A DNA stretch of 64,000 nt from Felis catus (GCF_018350175.1 NC_058368.1:174966001-175030000), one strand, 5' to 3'; shown: positions 25,535 to 37,464, numbered from the stretch's first letter. A program made the numbers and translations. Notes: a model not told the origin generated them from the letters alone.

Positions 25535-26483
25535 GAACGCATTTTCTGTATCAAGAACCAAAGGGAGGGGTGGCAAAGCTAAGGCCCAAATGAAAGGGAT
25601 TAATTATGTCATGACACCAGATGGAAAGGCAGCTTTATGAATCAAGCCCTAATGAAGACACAACAGTATCTGAGAGCTTTTGACACCTTGATTGGCTGCT
25701 TATTTGTTTTAACAAGAGTTTCTTTCTAAAACCAGTGTCTCTTGTTCATCCTAGCTGGAATCTGCCTGAGGCAGGCCAGCTGTTCCGCCTTCCCACTCAA
25801 AATGGCGGCCAATTCTCAAGGGCCTGGAATGAGCCAGGCTGTGTGCTAGTCAGGAACCCAGAAGGATGTGAGTTTAACCTCTGCCCAGTGTTTTTGAACG
25901 CTGACACTATACCCACCGTCTTCTGCATTATGGAGACCTGAAGGTAATCACGACGGGCTTTATCGCTTTGTTCCCGTCAAGGCCTAGAGGTCAGGTCTAT
26001 CTGGCCATGTGAAGAAGATGACCCCGTGGCCATGTGCTTCTAACCACAGGGCACCTCAGAACAAACCGCCACCTTAGAAGGTCTTGGCTATTACATTCAC
26101 TGTGTGTAAACATGCGTCGTGTGGAAGGGGAATAAACAAAAGCCTTGGGGAGAGAAAGTTCTCATTCCAAAGTTCCAGTTCTGCCACTACCAGCTTTGCC
26201 TTTGATCAGATAATGGGAATAATAACTACTAAGTGTCCTCAGCGTTTACTATGCATGTTTTTTTGGTGTATTATTTCAGTCTGTCCTCCCAAGACCCTAT
26301 GGAGTAGGTACTATTTTTAGCCTCAATCGATAAACGAGAAAACTGAGAAAAGACCCACCCTACGATTTTTGTGAATGTACTTTACCACGAGCACCTGGTT
26401 CATCTGTAGGTATTTGGCGAGTATCATTTTATTAACCAGAGCTTTGAGTTTCCTTCATTGAATTCCATCCTCTTCCTCATATT

Positions 26484-26648
26484 TTCTTTCTCTTTTTTGT
26501 CTTTTTTTTTTTTTAAGTTTCACGTTTTCATTTAGTTTCGAGAAACAGAATCCCCAGAAGGCTCCACACTCTTAGCCAACTGTGAGGTCGTGCCCTGAGC
26601 CCAAATCAAGAGTCAGGTGCTTCACCGACTGAGCCACCCCGGTGCCTC
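26484..26648 (-). mobile_element. Older, internally deleted CanSINE
   Basis: aaatcaagagtcagg...gactgagccaccccggtgcctc; TSD cttcctcatatt / cttcctcgtatt. Confidence 0.85.
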
Positions 26649-27421
26649 GCTTCCTCGTATTGTCCCAGTCTCAACGTTGGTGGGCATAGGTTTAGGTGCC
26701 AAGTTTCATTTGTATAGGATTTTTCTCCTGGTAGTATCCATCATGATTTGGACTTAAAACATGATTTGTAGTTATTTTTTGGCTCATGTGTGGCAAAACC
26801 ACGTAGAGCTCTCATCCTTGATCCCGAGATCTTATTGCTCATCACACGAATAATCTGATTATTGTATAAGCCTGTCACAACCTTGCCCACTAACTGGTTA
26901 CACCATCGACAGTGGATAGAGCAAAGGGCATAGTCCAAACAGTACAGGTAAACTCACCTATGGTCAAAATAGATCAAGACGATAGAGAGGGAATCTGGCT
27001 TCGCAAAGAGGAGAGCTTCGCATATTTGGAGTGTTTTATTGTTCTAACATTCAACAAGTGTTATGAATTTCCTACTTTGTGCCTTGTACTCTACAAGATG
27101 CTGGGATCCAGGGCTGAACAAGACATGGTCCTTACCCTCATGGGCCAGCAGAGTGAATTTTACCAACGAATTATCCAGCTAATTATCTGATTTCAGGGAT
27201 GATCCAGGCTACATAGGAGAAGGATGGGGACCTGGAGGACAAGTGGACAGGGGCACTTGGACAGCCAGATGGCGACTTCAGGCAACTGCAAAGAGAAAAT
27301 TGGAACTCTGTGCCTGCCTCAGGGATGGGGTCTTCAACTATGATGTTCTATTCGGGGGGCCACTGCCTTTGGTCAAGGTGAGGACAGAATGGGCCTCCTC
27401 CGTCCTGCGTCTACTTTTTCT

Positions 27422-27613
27422 TTAAAAATTTTTTTTTCAACGTTTATTTATTTTTTTTGGGACAGAGAGAGACAGAGCATGAACAGGCGAGGGGCAGAGA
27501 GAGAGGGAGACACAGAATCAGAAACAGGCTCCAGGCTCTGAGCCATCAGCCCAGAGCCCGACGCGGGGCTCGAACTCACGGACCGCGAGATCGTGACCTG
27601 AGTTGAAGTCGGA
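27422..27613 (-). mobile_element. 5'-truncated felid CanSINE
   Basis: Head (~30 bp including the A box) is missing; perfect 17-bp TSD ctgcgtctactttttct. Confidence 0.96.
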
Positions 27614-27879
27614 CTGCGTCTACTTTTTCTAAGGCTTGTGATGAAGGCGGAGGTGAATCTAATGCTGGCAGAAAAGCAGTTGTAGAACTGGGGAGGGCTG
27701 AGGCATGGCATAAAGCCTGGCTATGAACCCCGATGTCTCCTAACATTACCACGAGTTGGAAAAGTGTGGCTGCTGTGAAGTCCCCTGGGAAACGAACCTC
27801 GTGCGCCCATATCTTGGGCAGTAAACCTCCACCCAAGTGAGGATATGTATTTGTGTATATTTAGGCGCTAGGCATTTTT

Positions 27880-28109
27880 TTTTTTAATTTTTTTTTTCAA
27901 CGTTTATTTATTTATTTTTTTTTTGGGACAGAGAGAGACAGAGCACGAACGGGGGAGGGGCAGCGAGAGAGGGAGACACAGAATCGGAAACAGGCTCCAG
28001 GCTCCGAGCCATCAGCCCAGAGCCCGACGCGGGGCTCGAACTCACGGACCGCGAGATCGCGACCTGGCTGAAGTCGGACGCTCAACCGACTGCGCCACCC
28101 AGGCGCCCC
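27880..28109 (-). mobile_element. Young felid CanSINE
   Basis: Perfect TSD taggcgctaggcattttt. Confidence 0.97.
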
Positions 28110-28969
28110 TAGGCGCTAGGCATTTTTATATTATCCTCATTACCATCTTCCCCCGTTAGGTTGATTACCGCAGTTTGGCACATGAAAAAACTGAGGATCA
28201 GAGGGAGGGAAGCAAGAAAATCACTCTGCTGGAAAATAGCAAAACCACATACTAGAAACAGCATGAATATTAGGTTCATTCACCTTAGACACCCTCAAAC
28301 ATTGAGACCTCCAGTTTTTCCGAGACGGGAAAAATAATCCCTTTCCATTAGGATTGTGCCAATGGTGGTAAAAAAAAAAAAAGCCAGATCCCGTATAATA
28401 GGTCTTAAAGCACAGAATATATGCTCCAGATAGAGCAGTTTCCTGCTCACTGTCTTGCCTCTTCTCTTCCGTAGTTGTTTCCCTAGTATCATCTTATTTT
28501 TAATAATCTCTGAGCTGTAATCTTTGATGGAGCAGAACAAACACAATCTGGCTGGGTTTCCCCCAGGAGGCACAGAAAGGGGGCCTCTCCCAGAACCCCA
28601 AGCTCATTTGCTCAAGTCTTAAAGGATGCAGGAATCAAGAGGGAGCGCCTGTTGGGGGCTGGGTGATCGGGAAAACCTTCCCCAGGAGGTGAAAGAGAAC
28701 TCAGGGCAGTAGCATCATTCCCTGACCAACTTGCTCTAACAGGAGGCAACATGGGATTTGTAAAGCATGCCGGGAAAATGTACACATACGACATTTCCTG
28801 CATGGGGAAAACATTTAAGCGTCTTCCCCTGGCTGATTTTTTTCAAAACGGAACAACAACAATATAAGAAAATAGTACTTAATATTAAAGCATTGTAAAC
28901 ACACAGACACACACACAAACACACACGCACACCCTCAACTAAAACCCAAATCAAAACAAAAACTAGCCT

Positions 28970-29170
28970 TTGGCATGGGTTTGGATCTTGGCTTCTCCAT
29001 CTCCAAGCTGTGGAACTTGAGGCAAGACCCCTTATTTGCTCAGCCTCAGTTTCCTTCTTTATAGACCAAGAATCGTGATACTTACTTTGCAGGGCTGCTA
29101 GGACCGAGTGAGCGAACACACGTAAAGCACATAGCTCAACGTGGCATATGGTAAACACTCATTATCTGAT
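28970..29170 (+). mobile_element. MIR
   Basis: tgggtttggatcttggct...gctgtggaacttgaggcaag...cctcagtttcctt...gtaaagcacatagc...tggcatatggtaaacactca. Confidence 0.8.
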
Positions 29171-29269
29171 GTTTAATATCTTAAGCATTGTGCCTGGCAT
29201 GGGAAAACATTATTAGTTCGGCATTCTCTGAGTAAAAGCCCTTTATGAACTCCTAAGTTATTTGTTCAA

Positions 29270-29570
29270 ATTCTTTTTATTGTGGAAAATTGGAAACATA
29301 TAAAGAATGAGAGAGAAGAGTATAATGAATCCCCATATGCCCACCACCCAGCTCCAGCTTTTATTATCTCGCTGGCCAACGTTGTTTCATTCGTAACCCT
29401 TTCCCTTGGTATATTTTGAAGCGAATTTCAGACACTTTATCCACAGATACTGGAAGCCGTTTTTTTTTTTTTTTTTTTTTTTTAATTTTTATAGAGGAAG
29501 TTTACTAAGGTAAAATTTACATGTAAGTGAACCCTTTTTAGGGTATAGTTCTGAGCTTTGACAGACTCAA
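29270..29570 (-). mobile_element. Two old L1 3' termini separated by a poly-T tract
   Basis: tttttattgtggaaaatt...agtataatgaatccccatatgcccaccacccagct; then T-run 29460-29483 and taaaatttacatg...aacccttttt...tatagttctgagctttgaca. Confidence 0.65.
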
Positions 29571-29699
29571 ATTCTTTTGACAATTCTTCACTGTTGCTGT
29601 CTCAGCTTTTAAAAGTCTGTATCACAACAGGAAGGAAATGAAGGAACGCACAAAGTATTTGGCTGTCTATATTGGCCTTGACATAGAAGAAGAAATAGC

Positions 29700-30000
29700 C
29701 TCCCTCAGTTGTCTCCTTAATCACAGTTTATTATGACTTGGAAACTCAACGCGTTTGATTGGCCAGAACATAAGCCACCCAGGAATAGATTTATTAGCAT
29801 CAAGTATAGTTTAGAGCAACCGAGTTTATGTTGATGCTTTCATTCCAAATGGCCCTAATAAAAGGTTTCTAGGAAGCTTGATTATTATTGGGTTTATTAA
29901 TAACAAACCCTAGGCATGCCCCTATTGGGACTGTGATCAATCCAAATAAAAATAACTTTGTTAATTGAAAAGAGATGTTTTTCTGGTAACTGCTATATGC
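29700..30000. promoter_or_regulatory. Candidate enhancer rich in HOX/CDX-type TTTAT sites
   Basis: gtttatta, atttatta, gtttatg, ctaataaaa, gtttatta, aaataaaa, plus cattcc and ttctaggaa. Motif evidence only. Confidence 0.4.
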
Positions 30001-31451
30001 TCAACAACATGGAAACAAAGAACCAAACAAAAAACAAGTGCAGATGCCAGGAGTAATACAGCTTCCTTCTTCCTGGATCCCACTGACAGCCTGGGGATGT
30101 ACACCCGCAAGGGCGCCCTCTATCGTTTCCCCGGTTAACGCTGCCATTTCTTCGTCTCTGGTTGGAAGGATAGCAGTTTCCTGGTTGAGAGGAGACGGTG
30201 TGTAGGCCGCTGCATAATTTGGATGACTGTAGGCGTGCCATTCGGAGTTCCCTCTTTTTAATGCCTTTTACAAGAAGACAATCTTACTACAGCGCTTGCC
30301 GAGGGGCTATCAAAGCTGAATGTTGTGTTTCATCACGAGTTCTAAACCGTGGAAGCCGTTACAGAACCATGCACTTGGAAGAGCCCGATACCCCAGACCC
30401 TTACAGGACCTAACAACAAACTCTTTCCTAATCGATAATCAATGGAACTCTCGTAGCCGACGGCATATAGACCTCTGGGCTCATTGTATCCTATGCAGAC
30501 GGCTAGGTTTCAGTGCTTAGTTAGCACAGCAGCCATGAACCCCCCCCCCCCCCCCCGTTCCAGCACTGAAAGATCCCTGACTGTCTCCTATCTGGAGAAC
30601 TACTCAGTAAATGTCCTCACTGGCGTGGCTTCCCTTGCCTGGCAAGGGAATAGACTCATTTCTGTTTGCTTATTACTGTCTTTGTTTTATGCTTGTTTTC
30701 AGTTCTGAGGGTCTTTGTTCTACTCTTGGGCGGAAAGAACGATGGTTTCCCTGAGATTGCCTTGACCAGCCTCATTCACAGATGCCCCTGATTTCAAAAC
30801 TGGAAAACGTGAGCTCCTCCCTGCTGGGCTCAGTCCTCCCGCACTGAGTCCCCCAGTAATGATCTGCTCTCAACGCGTGGCTGTGTCCTTCCCATCCTCA
30901 CGGAGTTTCCTGGGTTTAATCCCGGTGGTGGGAGGGACCGCACCCTCGACCAGCTTTGTCTTGTTGGCCGGCAGTCTCCTGCGAGATGCGCTTTGGACTC
31001 CGGACTGTTCAGCCACAGTTCGCAGCCTTGGTTTGTCTACTGTTTGTCTGGAGAAGAGAAGCAAATACTGCCTTTCTTGAGCAGTCTTTTGGCCAAGGAA
31101 GGAATCCCTTCTATGTCTGTTTTCTGTTAAACATATAGACGGCCAAGTTCGAAAACAGTTAATACATCTGCCCCCACCCCCCAAGCTCCCAACATAAACG
31201 ATTTCAATTCCACCATGGTCAGACTTGCTGTTGGCTGTAAACTCTGTTCTTAATGCCACACCCCAGCATATCTGGTCCAGATAGGAGGAAGTGAATGAAT
31301 CAGATTACAAATTCTGCAGTTCTATGGGAGCCCTTAACTTAATTGGTTTATAGAGACTTGAAAGCACATCTATGAATTCAGCAGAGAACTCAAGGGTTTC
31401 TGAGAGGCAAAACAAGTTCATTGCTAATGCTCTAAATATTTTAGCTCTTTT

Positions 31452-31671
31452 TTTTTTAAATTTTTTTTAACGTTTATTTATTTTTGAGACAGAGAGAGAC
31501 AGAGTATGAACGGGGGAGGGGCAGAGAGAGAGGGAGACACAGGATCTGAAACAGGCTCCATGCTCTGAGCTGTCAGCCCAGAGCCCGACGCGGGGCTCGA
31601 ACTCACGGACCGCGAGATCATGACCTGAGCCGAAGTCGGCCGCTTCACCGACTGAGCCACCCAGGCGCCCC
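31452..31671 (-). mobile_element. Felid CanSINE
   Basis: TSD tattttagctctttt. Confidence 0.97.
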
Positions 31672-32045
31672 TATTTTAGCTCTTTTGAGACATACTCTCC
31701 TGGTGAGGCTGCGTCTCTGACAGAGAGTTTCCTGTGAGCTGTGATCTTGGTTAGTAGGTAAACACGTTAAGATGGCAATGTGGTGCGTTCAGTGCTTTTG
31801 AACAATCTGAAGTGTTAACTGTTGCTACCTAATGTGAAATAAGAGAAATATTTACAATCAAGGTGAATCCTGGAAAATTAGCCTGTTGGGATGACTTCTC
31901 TTTGATGTAATCACAGTGTGAAAGTAATGTTAGCATGCTTTTCTAGTTCATGCTAGAATGCCTATTTAATCTGGATTTTTCTGAATTTCCTACAGTTGTC
32001 TTAAGCTGACATTGTTCTCCTAAGTGTTTAAAATGACAAACATGT

Positions 32046-32260
32046 GGGGCGCCTGGGTGGCTCAGTCAGTGAGGCATCCGACTTTGGCTCAGGTCATGAT
32101 CTCATGGCTCGTGAGTTCGAGCCCCGTGTCGGGCTCTGTGCTGACCGCTCAGAGCCTGGAGCCTGCTTCGGATTCTGTGTCTCCCTCTCTCTCTGCTCCT
32201 CCCCTGCTCAAGCTCTGCCTCTCTCTGTCTCAAAAGTGAAGAAATGTTAAAAAAAACAAT
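32046..32260 (+). mobile_element. Felid CanSINE
   Basis: TSD taaaatgacaaacatgt / taaaatgataagcacgt. Confidence 0.95.
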
Positions 32261-32389
32261 TAAAATGATAAGCACGTAAATGTATGTGTTCAAGTAGCAT
32301 GAATCATAATTAACCAATGTCTTCATAACAAGAGTTGAGTTTTACAACTTCAGTCATGCCACAAATTACATGAATCTACAGAATTATTT

Positions 32390-32624
32390 TTTTCTTTTTT
32401 TCTAAATTTATTTTTTTTCAACGTTTATTTATTTTTGGGGGGACAGAGAGAGACAGAGCATGAGCGGGGGAGGGGCAGAGAGAGAGGGAGACACAGAATC
32501 GGAAACAGGCTCCAGGCTCCGAGCCATCAGCCCAGAGCCTGACGCGGGGCTCGAACTCACGGACCGTGAGATCGTGACCTGGCTGAAGTCGGACGCTTAA
32601 CCGACAGCGCCACCCAGGCGCCCC
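32390..32624 (-). mobile_element. Young felid CanSINE
   Basis: TSD tgaatctacagaattattt. Confidence 0.97.
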
Positions 32625-32816
32625 TTGAATCTACAGAATTATTTACTGAGACTTCTAAAATGGTATCTTCTGATATTTCCAATATCATGCGTATTGCATT
32701 GTTTTTAAAGGGTGACTTTAGTTTTTAAGATCTCTAATGGGTTTGAAACCTTAAGGGTCAGCAATGAATACTTTTTATTCCCAATTCCTAAAGCAGAGAG
32801 GAAACTAGGTGCAGAG

Positions 32817-33481
32817 TGTAGTGTTGTATTGTTGCTGTAATGAATTTCTACAAACTTCATGTCTTCAGAAAACTTTCCTGTCTTACAGTTCCGGAGGACA
32901 GACGTCTAAAATCAAGGGCAGATCTGCCCGCCTTCTGGAGTCTTTAGTAGGGGAGACTATGCTTCCTTGCTGTTTTCAGCTTTCAGAGGCCACCTGTACT
33001 CCTTGGTTCCTTCCTCCAATCATCAAAGCTAGCAGCTAAGCATCTCTGACCTCCTCCCTGCCTCTTATAAGAACCCTGTGATTATAGGAGGCACTCCCAA
33101 ATAATACAGGATAATCTTAGCATCCTCAGCTTAATCACATTTGCCAAGGCCCTATTGCCCTGTGCCTTACATAGCCACAGGTTCCTGAATTGGAATGTGG
33201 AGATCTTTAATTTTTTTTATGTCTATTTTATTAGAGAGAGAGAGAGAGAGTGTGTGTGTGTGTGTGTGTGTGTGTGCATGAGCAGGGGAGAGGCGGAGAG
33301 AGAGGGGCACAGAGGATGAGAAGTGGGCTCTGCACTGACAGCACAGGGCCCAATGAGGGGCTCAAACTCTCGAACTGTGAGTTCATGACCTGAGCCGAAG
33401 TCGGACGCTTAACCTCCTGAGCTACCCAGGCGCCCCGGGATGTGGAGATCTGTAGGGGGATTTTAATCAGCCTGCCATACA
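32817..33481 (-). mobile_element. MaLR solo LTR (MLT1C-like) split by a SINE
   Basis: ttgctgtaatgaatttctacaaactt...cttacagttccggagg...tcagctttcagaggccacct...cctcttataagaaccctgtgatta...cttaatcacatttgc. Confidence 0.85.
33207..33436 (-). mobile_element. CanSINE with (GA)n(GT)n
   Basis: TSD atgtggagatct. Confidence 0.94.
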
Positions 33482-33910
33482 TGTGATCATTTAAACTTAT
33501 GTTCTTGCCTGTACACGCACACGTTGGCCTTTTTATAACATTTAAATCAGAATGGTAAAATCGTCATAACATATACACTGTCTTATGTTAATCAGATTCA
33601 TCACGTAAAAGATTGTGTCGTATGCCTATTTATACATGGTTTAATATCTAAACATAATGGCACGAAAAATCAGTAAAAACATGATGTATGACAGAAAAGA
33701 ACGGTCTGATAAAGGAAAATTATGACCTTGTACTTGTTTACATTTTCTTTCTACACGAGGAAATGAAGAATCACTCTTGTCTGACGTAGATTCAATTCTT
33801 AGGAGTTTTGTTGTTGTTGTTTTGTGTGTGTGTGTGTGGGGGGGGGGAGAGGTTTGTTTACTTTTTGTTTTGTTTTGCTGTTTTACTCCCTTTTGCCATA
33901 GGTTGTTTTA

Positions 33911-34140
33911 TTTATTTATTTTATTTATTTATTTTTTCAACGTTTATTTATTTTTGGGACAGAGAGAGACAGAGCATGAACGGGGGAGGGGCAGAGAGAG
34001 AGGGAGACACAGAATCGGAAACAGGCTCCAGGCTCTGAGCCATCAGCCCAGAGCCCGACGTGGGGCTCAAACTCCCGGACCGCGAGATCGTGACCTGGCT
34101 GACGTCGGACGCTTAACCGACTGCGCCACCCAGGCGCCCC
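33911..34140 (-). mobile_element. Young felid CanSINE
   Basis: TSD ccataggttgtttta. Confidence 0.97.
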
Positions 34141-34371
34141 ACCATAGGTTGTTTTAAATGAAACAGTGAGGTTCTGCATTGACGTCCTAATGATTCTTAT
34201 GTCACCTCCCATCAATTTGTCTCTTTTTTTTAATGAGGTGGCCTAGCAGGTGACCTCCCCTTGCTCTTGTGACCGTCTCTACTAATGTCTCTTTTTGATA
34301 CTGTTTTCCCCAAAACCAGGCACCAAATTTAGACTCAAACCTCTAAGGGTGTCTTGAAAATGTAAAGTGTC

Positions 34372-34593
34372 GGGGCGCCTGGGTGGCGCAGTCGGTTAAG
34401 CGGCCGACGTCAGCCAGGTCACGATCTCGCGGTCCGTGAGTTCGAGCCCCGCATCTGTCTCTGGGCTGATGGCTCGGAGCCTGGAGCCTGTTTCCGATTC
34501 TGTGTCTCCCTCTCTCTCTGCCCCTCCCCCGTTCATGCTCTGTCTCTCTCTGTCCCAAAAATAAATAAACGTTGAAAAAAAAAATTAAAAAAA
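34372..34593 (+). mobile_element. Young felid CanSINE
   Basis: TSD gaaaatgtaaagtgtc / gaaaacgtaaagtgtc. Confidence 0.97.
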
Positions 34594-34793
34594 GAAAACG
34601 TAAAGTGTCTTTGGGTTTTGCTGGCTGGCCATTGGGTAAACACAAAGGTTTGCTTTTTCACCTTGTAAAAAGAAAACATAACAAACATAAATAGACTTGT
34701 CTTGCATTCTTCAGATTCTAAGTAACTCAAAATTATTGTGAGAGCTTGTTTTTATTCACCAGACTGTGATCTTTCTTATGGAGTGCTTCTATC

Positions 34794-35016
34794 TTTTTTT
34801 AAATTTTTTTTTTTAACGTTTTATTTATTTTTGAGAGAGGGAGAGACAGAGCATGAACAGGGGAGGGTCAGAGAGAGGGAGACACAGGATCTGAAACAGG
34901 CTCCAGGCTCTGAGCTGTCAGCACAGAGCCCGACGCGGGGCTCGAACTCCCGGACCGCGAGATCATGACCTGAGCCGAAGTCGGCCGCCCAGCCGACGGA
35001 GCCACCCAGGCGCCCC
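34794..35016 (-). mobile_element. Felid CanSINE
   Basis: Perfect TSD tggagtgcttctatc. Confidence 0.97.
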
Positions 35017-35369
35017 TGGAGTGCTTCTATCAAGGTGCTTTGTTGAAAGTGTTACTAGCTGCAATTATGATAAGACATATCCATGGAAATATATTTGTTT
35101 CTGATTGGCCTGCCATTAATACCCTTACGTGTAAGAATGATATCTTTCTGGTTAATATTCGGCAACCAATTTTCGGAACGACGGCGTTAGCTCTAATGGT
35201 CAAACATTTTTCACGCAGTATAATGCATGATTGTGCTGATGGTAAATTATTAATTCACAGGAAATAATTTAACAAACCTTTTTTTTTCTAACTTAACTCT
35301 TTTTGAGAGATCAAAGAAAATGTCCTTATTGAACTTGTTGAACTTACTACACTATTTTCTGTTAAACTT

Positions 35370-36145
35370 TAGGTATGTTTGGTTACAATGCTTAGATGCC
35401 TGAGAAGTTTACTTACAATATTTACCAAAGTGTCAAATGATGTCCTTCGTGACTTGTGTAATTAGTCCGCTAAGATAATATTGCCACCCGACGGGGACCT
35501 TGGGGAGACGGAAGAGTCTACCGTCTTGGTGGGGACGGTTGGGTTTGTACCCATGCCGGATTTCACCCAAGAGCCTGCCCGCACAAGAGCAGATGTCCCA
35601 GAGGAGGGAGAGATATGGGCTCTATCCCCTTGTGCGTGGGCTTCTTTCTTGGTTTCGGGCTTCCTGATGAGAACACTGCTTTAGACATCATCCCTAAAAA
35701 TGGTAATCGCACCCAAGGAAATTGCCCACAAGGTGTCTGCTGGTCAAGCTCCATGGTGAAAGCCTTATTCACTTGCAATGACATTGAGCAATCAATTCAC
35801 TTTGGGTTATTTACTGACCAAACAAGGCGGCTTTTGTGTGCTGGCGAACACCTCCTGTGGCATTTGGATCAATGTTTCAGGATAAGTCAAGAGGTTCCTA
35901 TATAAAATTCAAGAACAAGAGATTCCTTGTCCAAGGTGGGACGAACCGACCAATGGAATCTTTCCTCATGACCCATCTGTGTAAAGGCCTGATTAAAGGG
36001 CACTTTAATGTTGGTTATGTGGTGCCTAATTGTAGCTGTTGTCAAGAATATTGTTAACAAGGTCTTAAACGCTGTTGCCCAGCCGCCCTCCTGTTGGTTC
36101 GTACATCAGATGATTCTAGGTGCAAAGGAGGCTTTAGTGAGTTAA
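35370..36145 (+). pseudogene. env: Decayed endogenous retrovirus env (gamma/ERV1-type; SU C-terminus plus TM subunit)
   Basis: From 35769 the frame reads SLAMTLSNQFTLGYLLTKQGGFCVLANTSCGIWINVSG*VKRFLYKIQEQ, matching the ISD + CX6CC pattern (LQNRxALDxLLAxQGGxC...CC.YIN.SG). After a frameshift it reads SLSKVGRTDQWNLSS*PICVKA*LKGTLMLVMWCLIVAVVKNIVNKVLNAVAQPPSCWFVHQMILGAKEALVS* (membrane-proximal region, anchor, tail). The 5' boundary is uncertain. Confidence 0.82.
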
Positions 36146-36257
36146 ACAAACACCGTGGGAATGGCGCTGAAACCATGATGGTGGTGTGGACCTGAAAACA
36201 CGATAACTTTCCTATTCTTTTATACTCTTGCCCATCATCTCAGGACGAGGGAGTACC

Positions 36258-36672
36258 AAGAGGAGGGGCACTTCCATTTGGAGCAGGATTTGCCTGGGTT
36301 TACAACCGAATACTGTGTGCCATCACAGTTGGCTCTAAACAGTTAAATCTGATGGATTTTGAGGGATCCTTGTGTCTCAGACCCTTTGTCGACATGACTG
36401 GAGACTTCCTGAAACATGACAAGAGGACTTGCTTTAACCCACCCTCTTCAGACCTGTGGCCTAACTCCATCATCTCCAGAGAGCCGGTCTTCAGGGCTAC
36501 ATCAGACTCGCTGTGAGGAGAAGCCTGCTTCCGGAACCGACTGAGCCCGGGGTTGTTTTCCCACAGAGAACTACCCACTGTATCTCATCCCTGTCCTGTG
36601 CTCCCTTGACGGGCAAGTCTATATAATTTTCTATTTCACGTCTGGTGTTTCTGTTTCGTTTTTGATACAACA
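36258..36672 (+). mobile_element. Polypurine tract and probable 3' LTR of the env-bearing ERV
   Basis: aagaggagggg (36258-36268) lies ~110 bp after the env stop, followed by ~400 bp of otherwise unassigned sequence ending ...gatacaaca. The start is not a clean TG and no clean AATAAA was seen. Confidence 0.5.
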
Positions 36673-36747
36673 GTAGCACTTATGGTTTCTGAATCTGACA
36701 TATCCATCAAGACACCGATTCTGCTTCCTTACGAAAATGAAATTTAA

Positions 36748-36753
36748 AGAGCG

Positions 36754-36785
<32 letters not shown>
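36748..36785. repeat. (GA)n microsatellite
   Basis: Read directly. Confidence 0.9.
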
Positions 36786-36787
<2 letters not shown>

Positions 36788-37464
36788 CACCCTCCAGACA
36801 GTGAAGGTTAAAATTCTCCCAAACCTACATACCTGGGTACGTGGAAATGGGAAATTTTCATCTTAGTTTATCCAGATCTAACTCAACAGAGGTCAGGTTC
36901 CATCTGCTGTGTTATGGAGTAATAATCAGAGCTATGCGGTTTCTTCAATGTCACTTATTTTTTTTTTATGTCACATTTGTGATTCTTGCCATTTTTATGT
37001 AGGATTTTCTTCTTTATATTGACTGAGTTTCCCTTAGCCTTCCTGATGTAAGAAAACATCTTCTATCACTGTTGTAAATGGAGTGCGACATCACAGCACA
37101 AAGATCATTTAAAAACGTACGTATTTTTTGATAAAGATTTGCCTTTGTACTACCAGCGATGTGCTGATCACCATTTGTGGAAAACTGTTGTGATCTGCTC
37201 GGCAGGGCCCTCCGAGTTCTGTAAACCAGGCCAACCCATTACAACACCAGACGTTCAGAAGTAAATTAAAAACCAAGCCTCCAGCTGCCCAGCCTACTTC
37301 CTGCATTGCCTGCAAGCCTCTTTTTCCACTAACATTGGCCTTTCACGCCTTCACACATTCTGATCCCCCTGGCTTGTCCCTCTCTCTTTGATCTGTGTCC
37401 CCTTTGGACTTGACCTTAACGGTTTGCTTTCCCGGCTGCAATCTTTGATACTCACTATATTCGC

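Noticed and set aside
35760..35885. A functional syncytin-like gene or ISD peptide
   Set aside because: In-frame stops flank the ISD, the third Cys of CX6CC reads Gly, frameshifts are present and no signal peptide or promoter is evident. Reported only as a relic.
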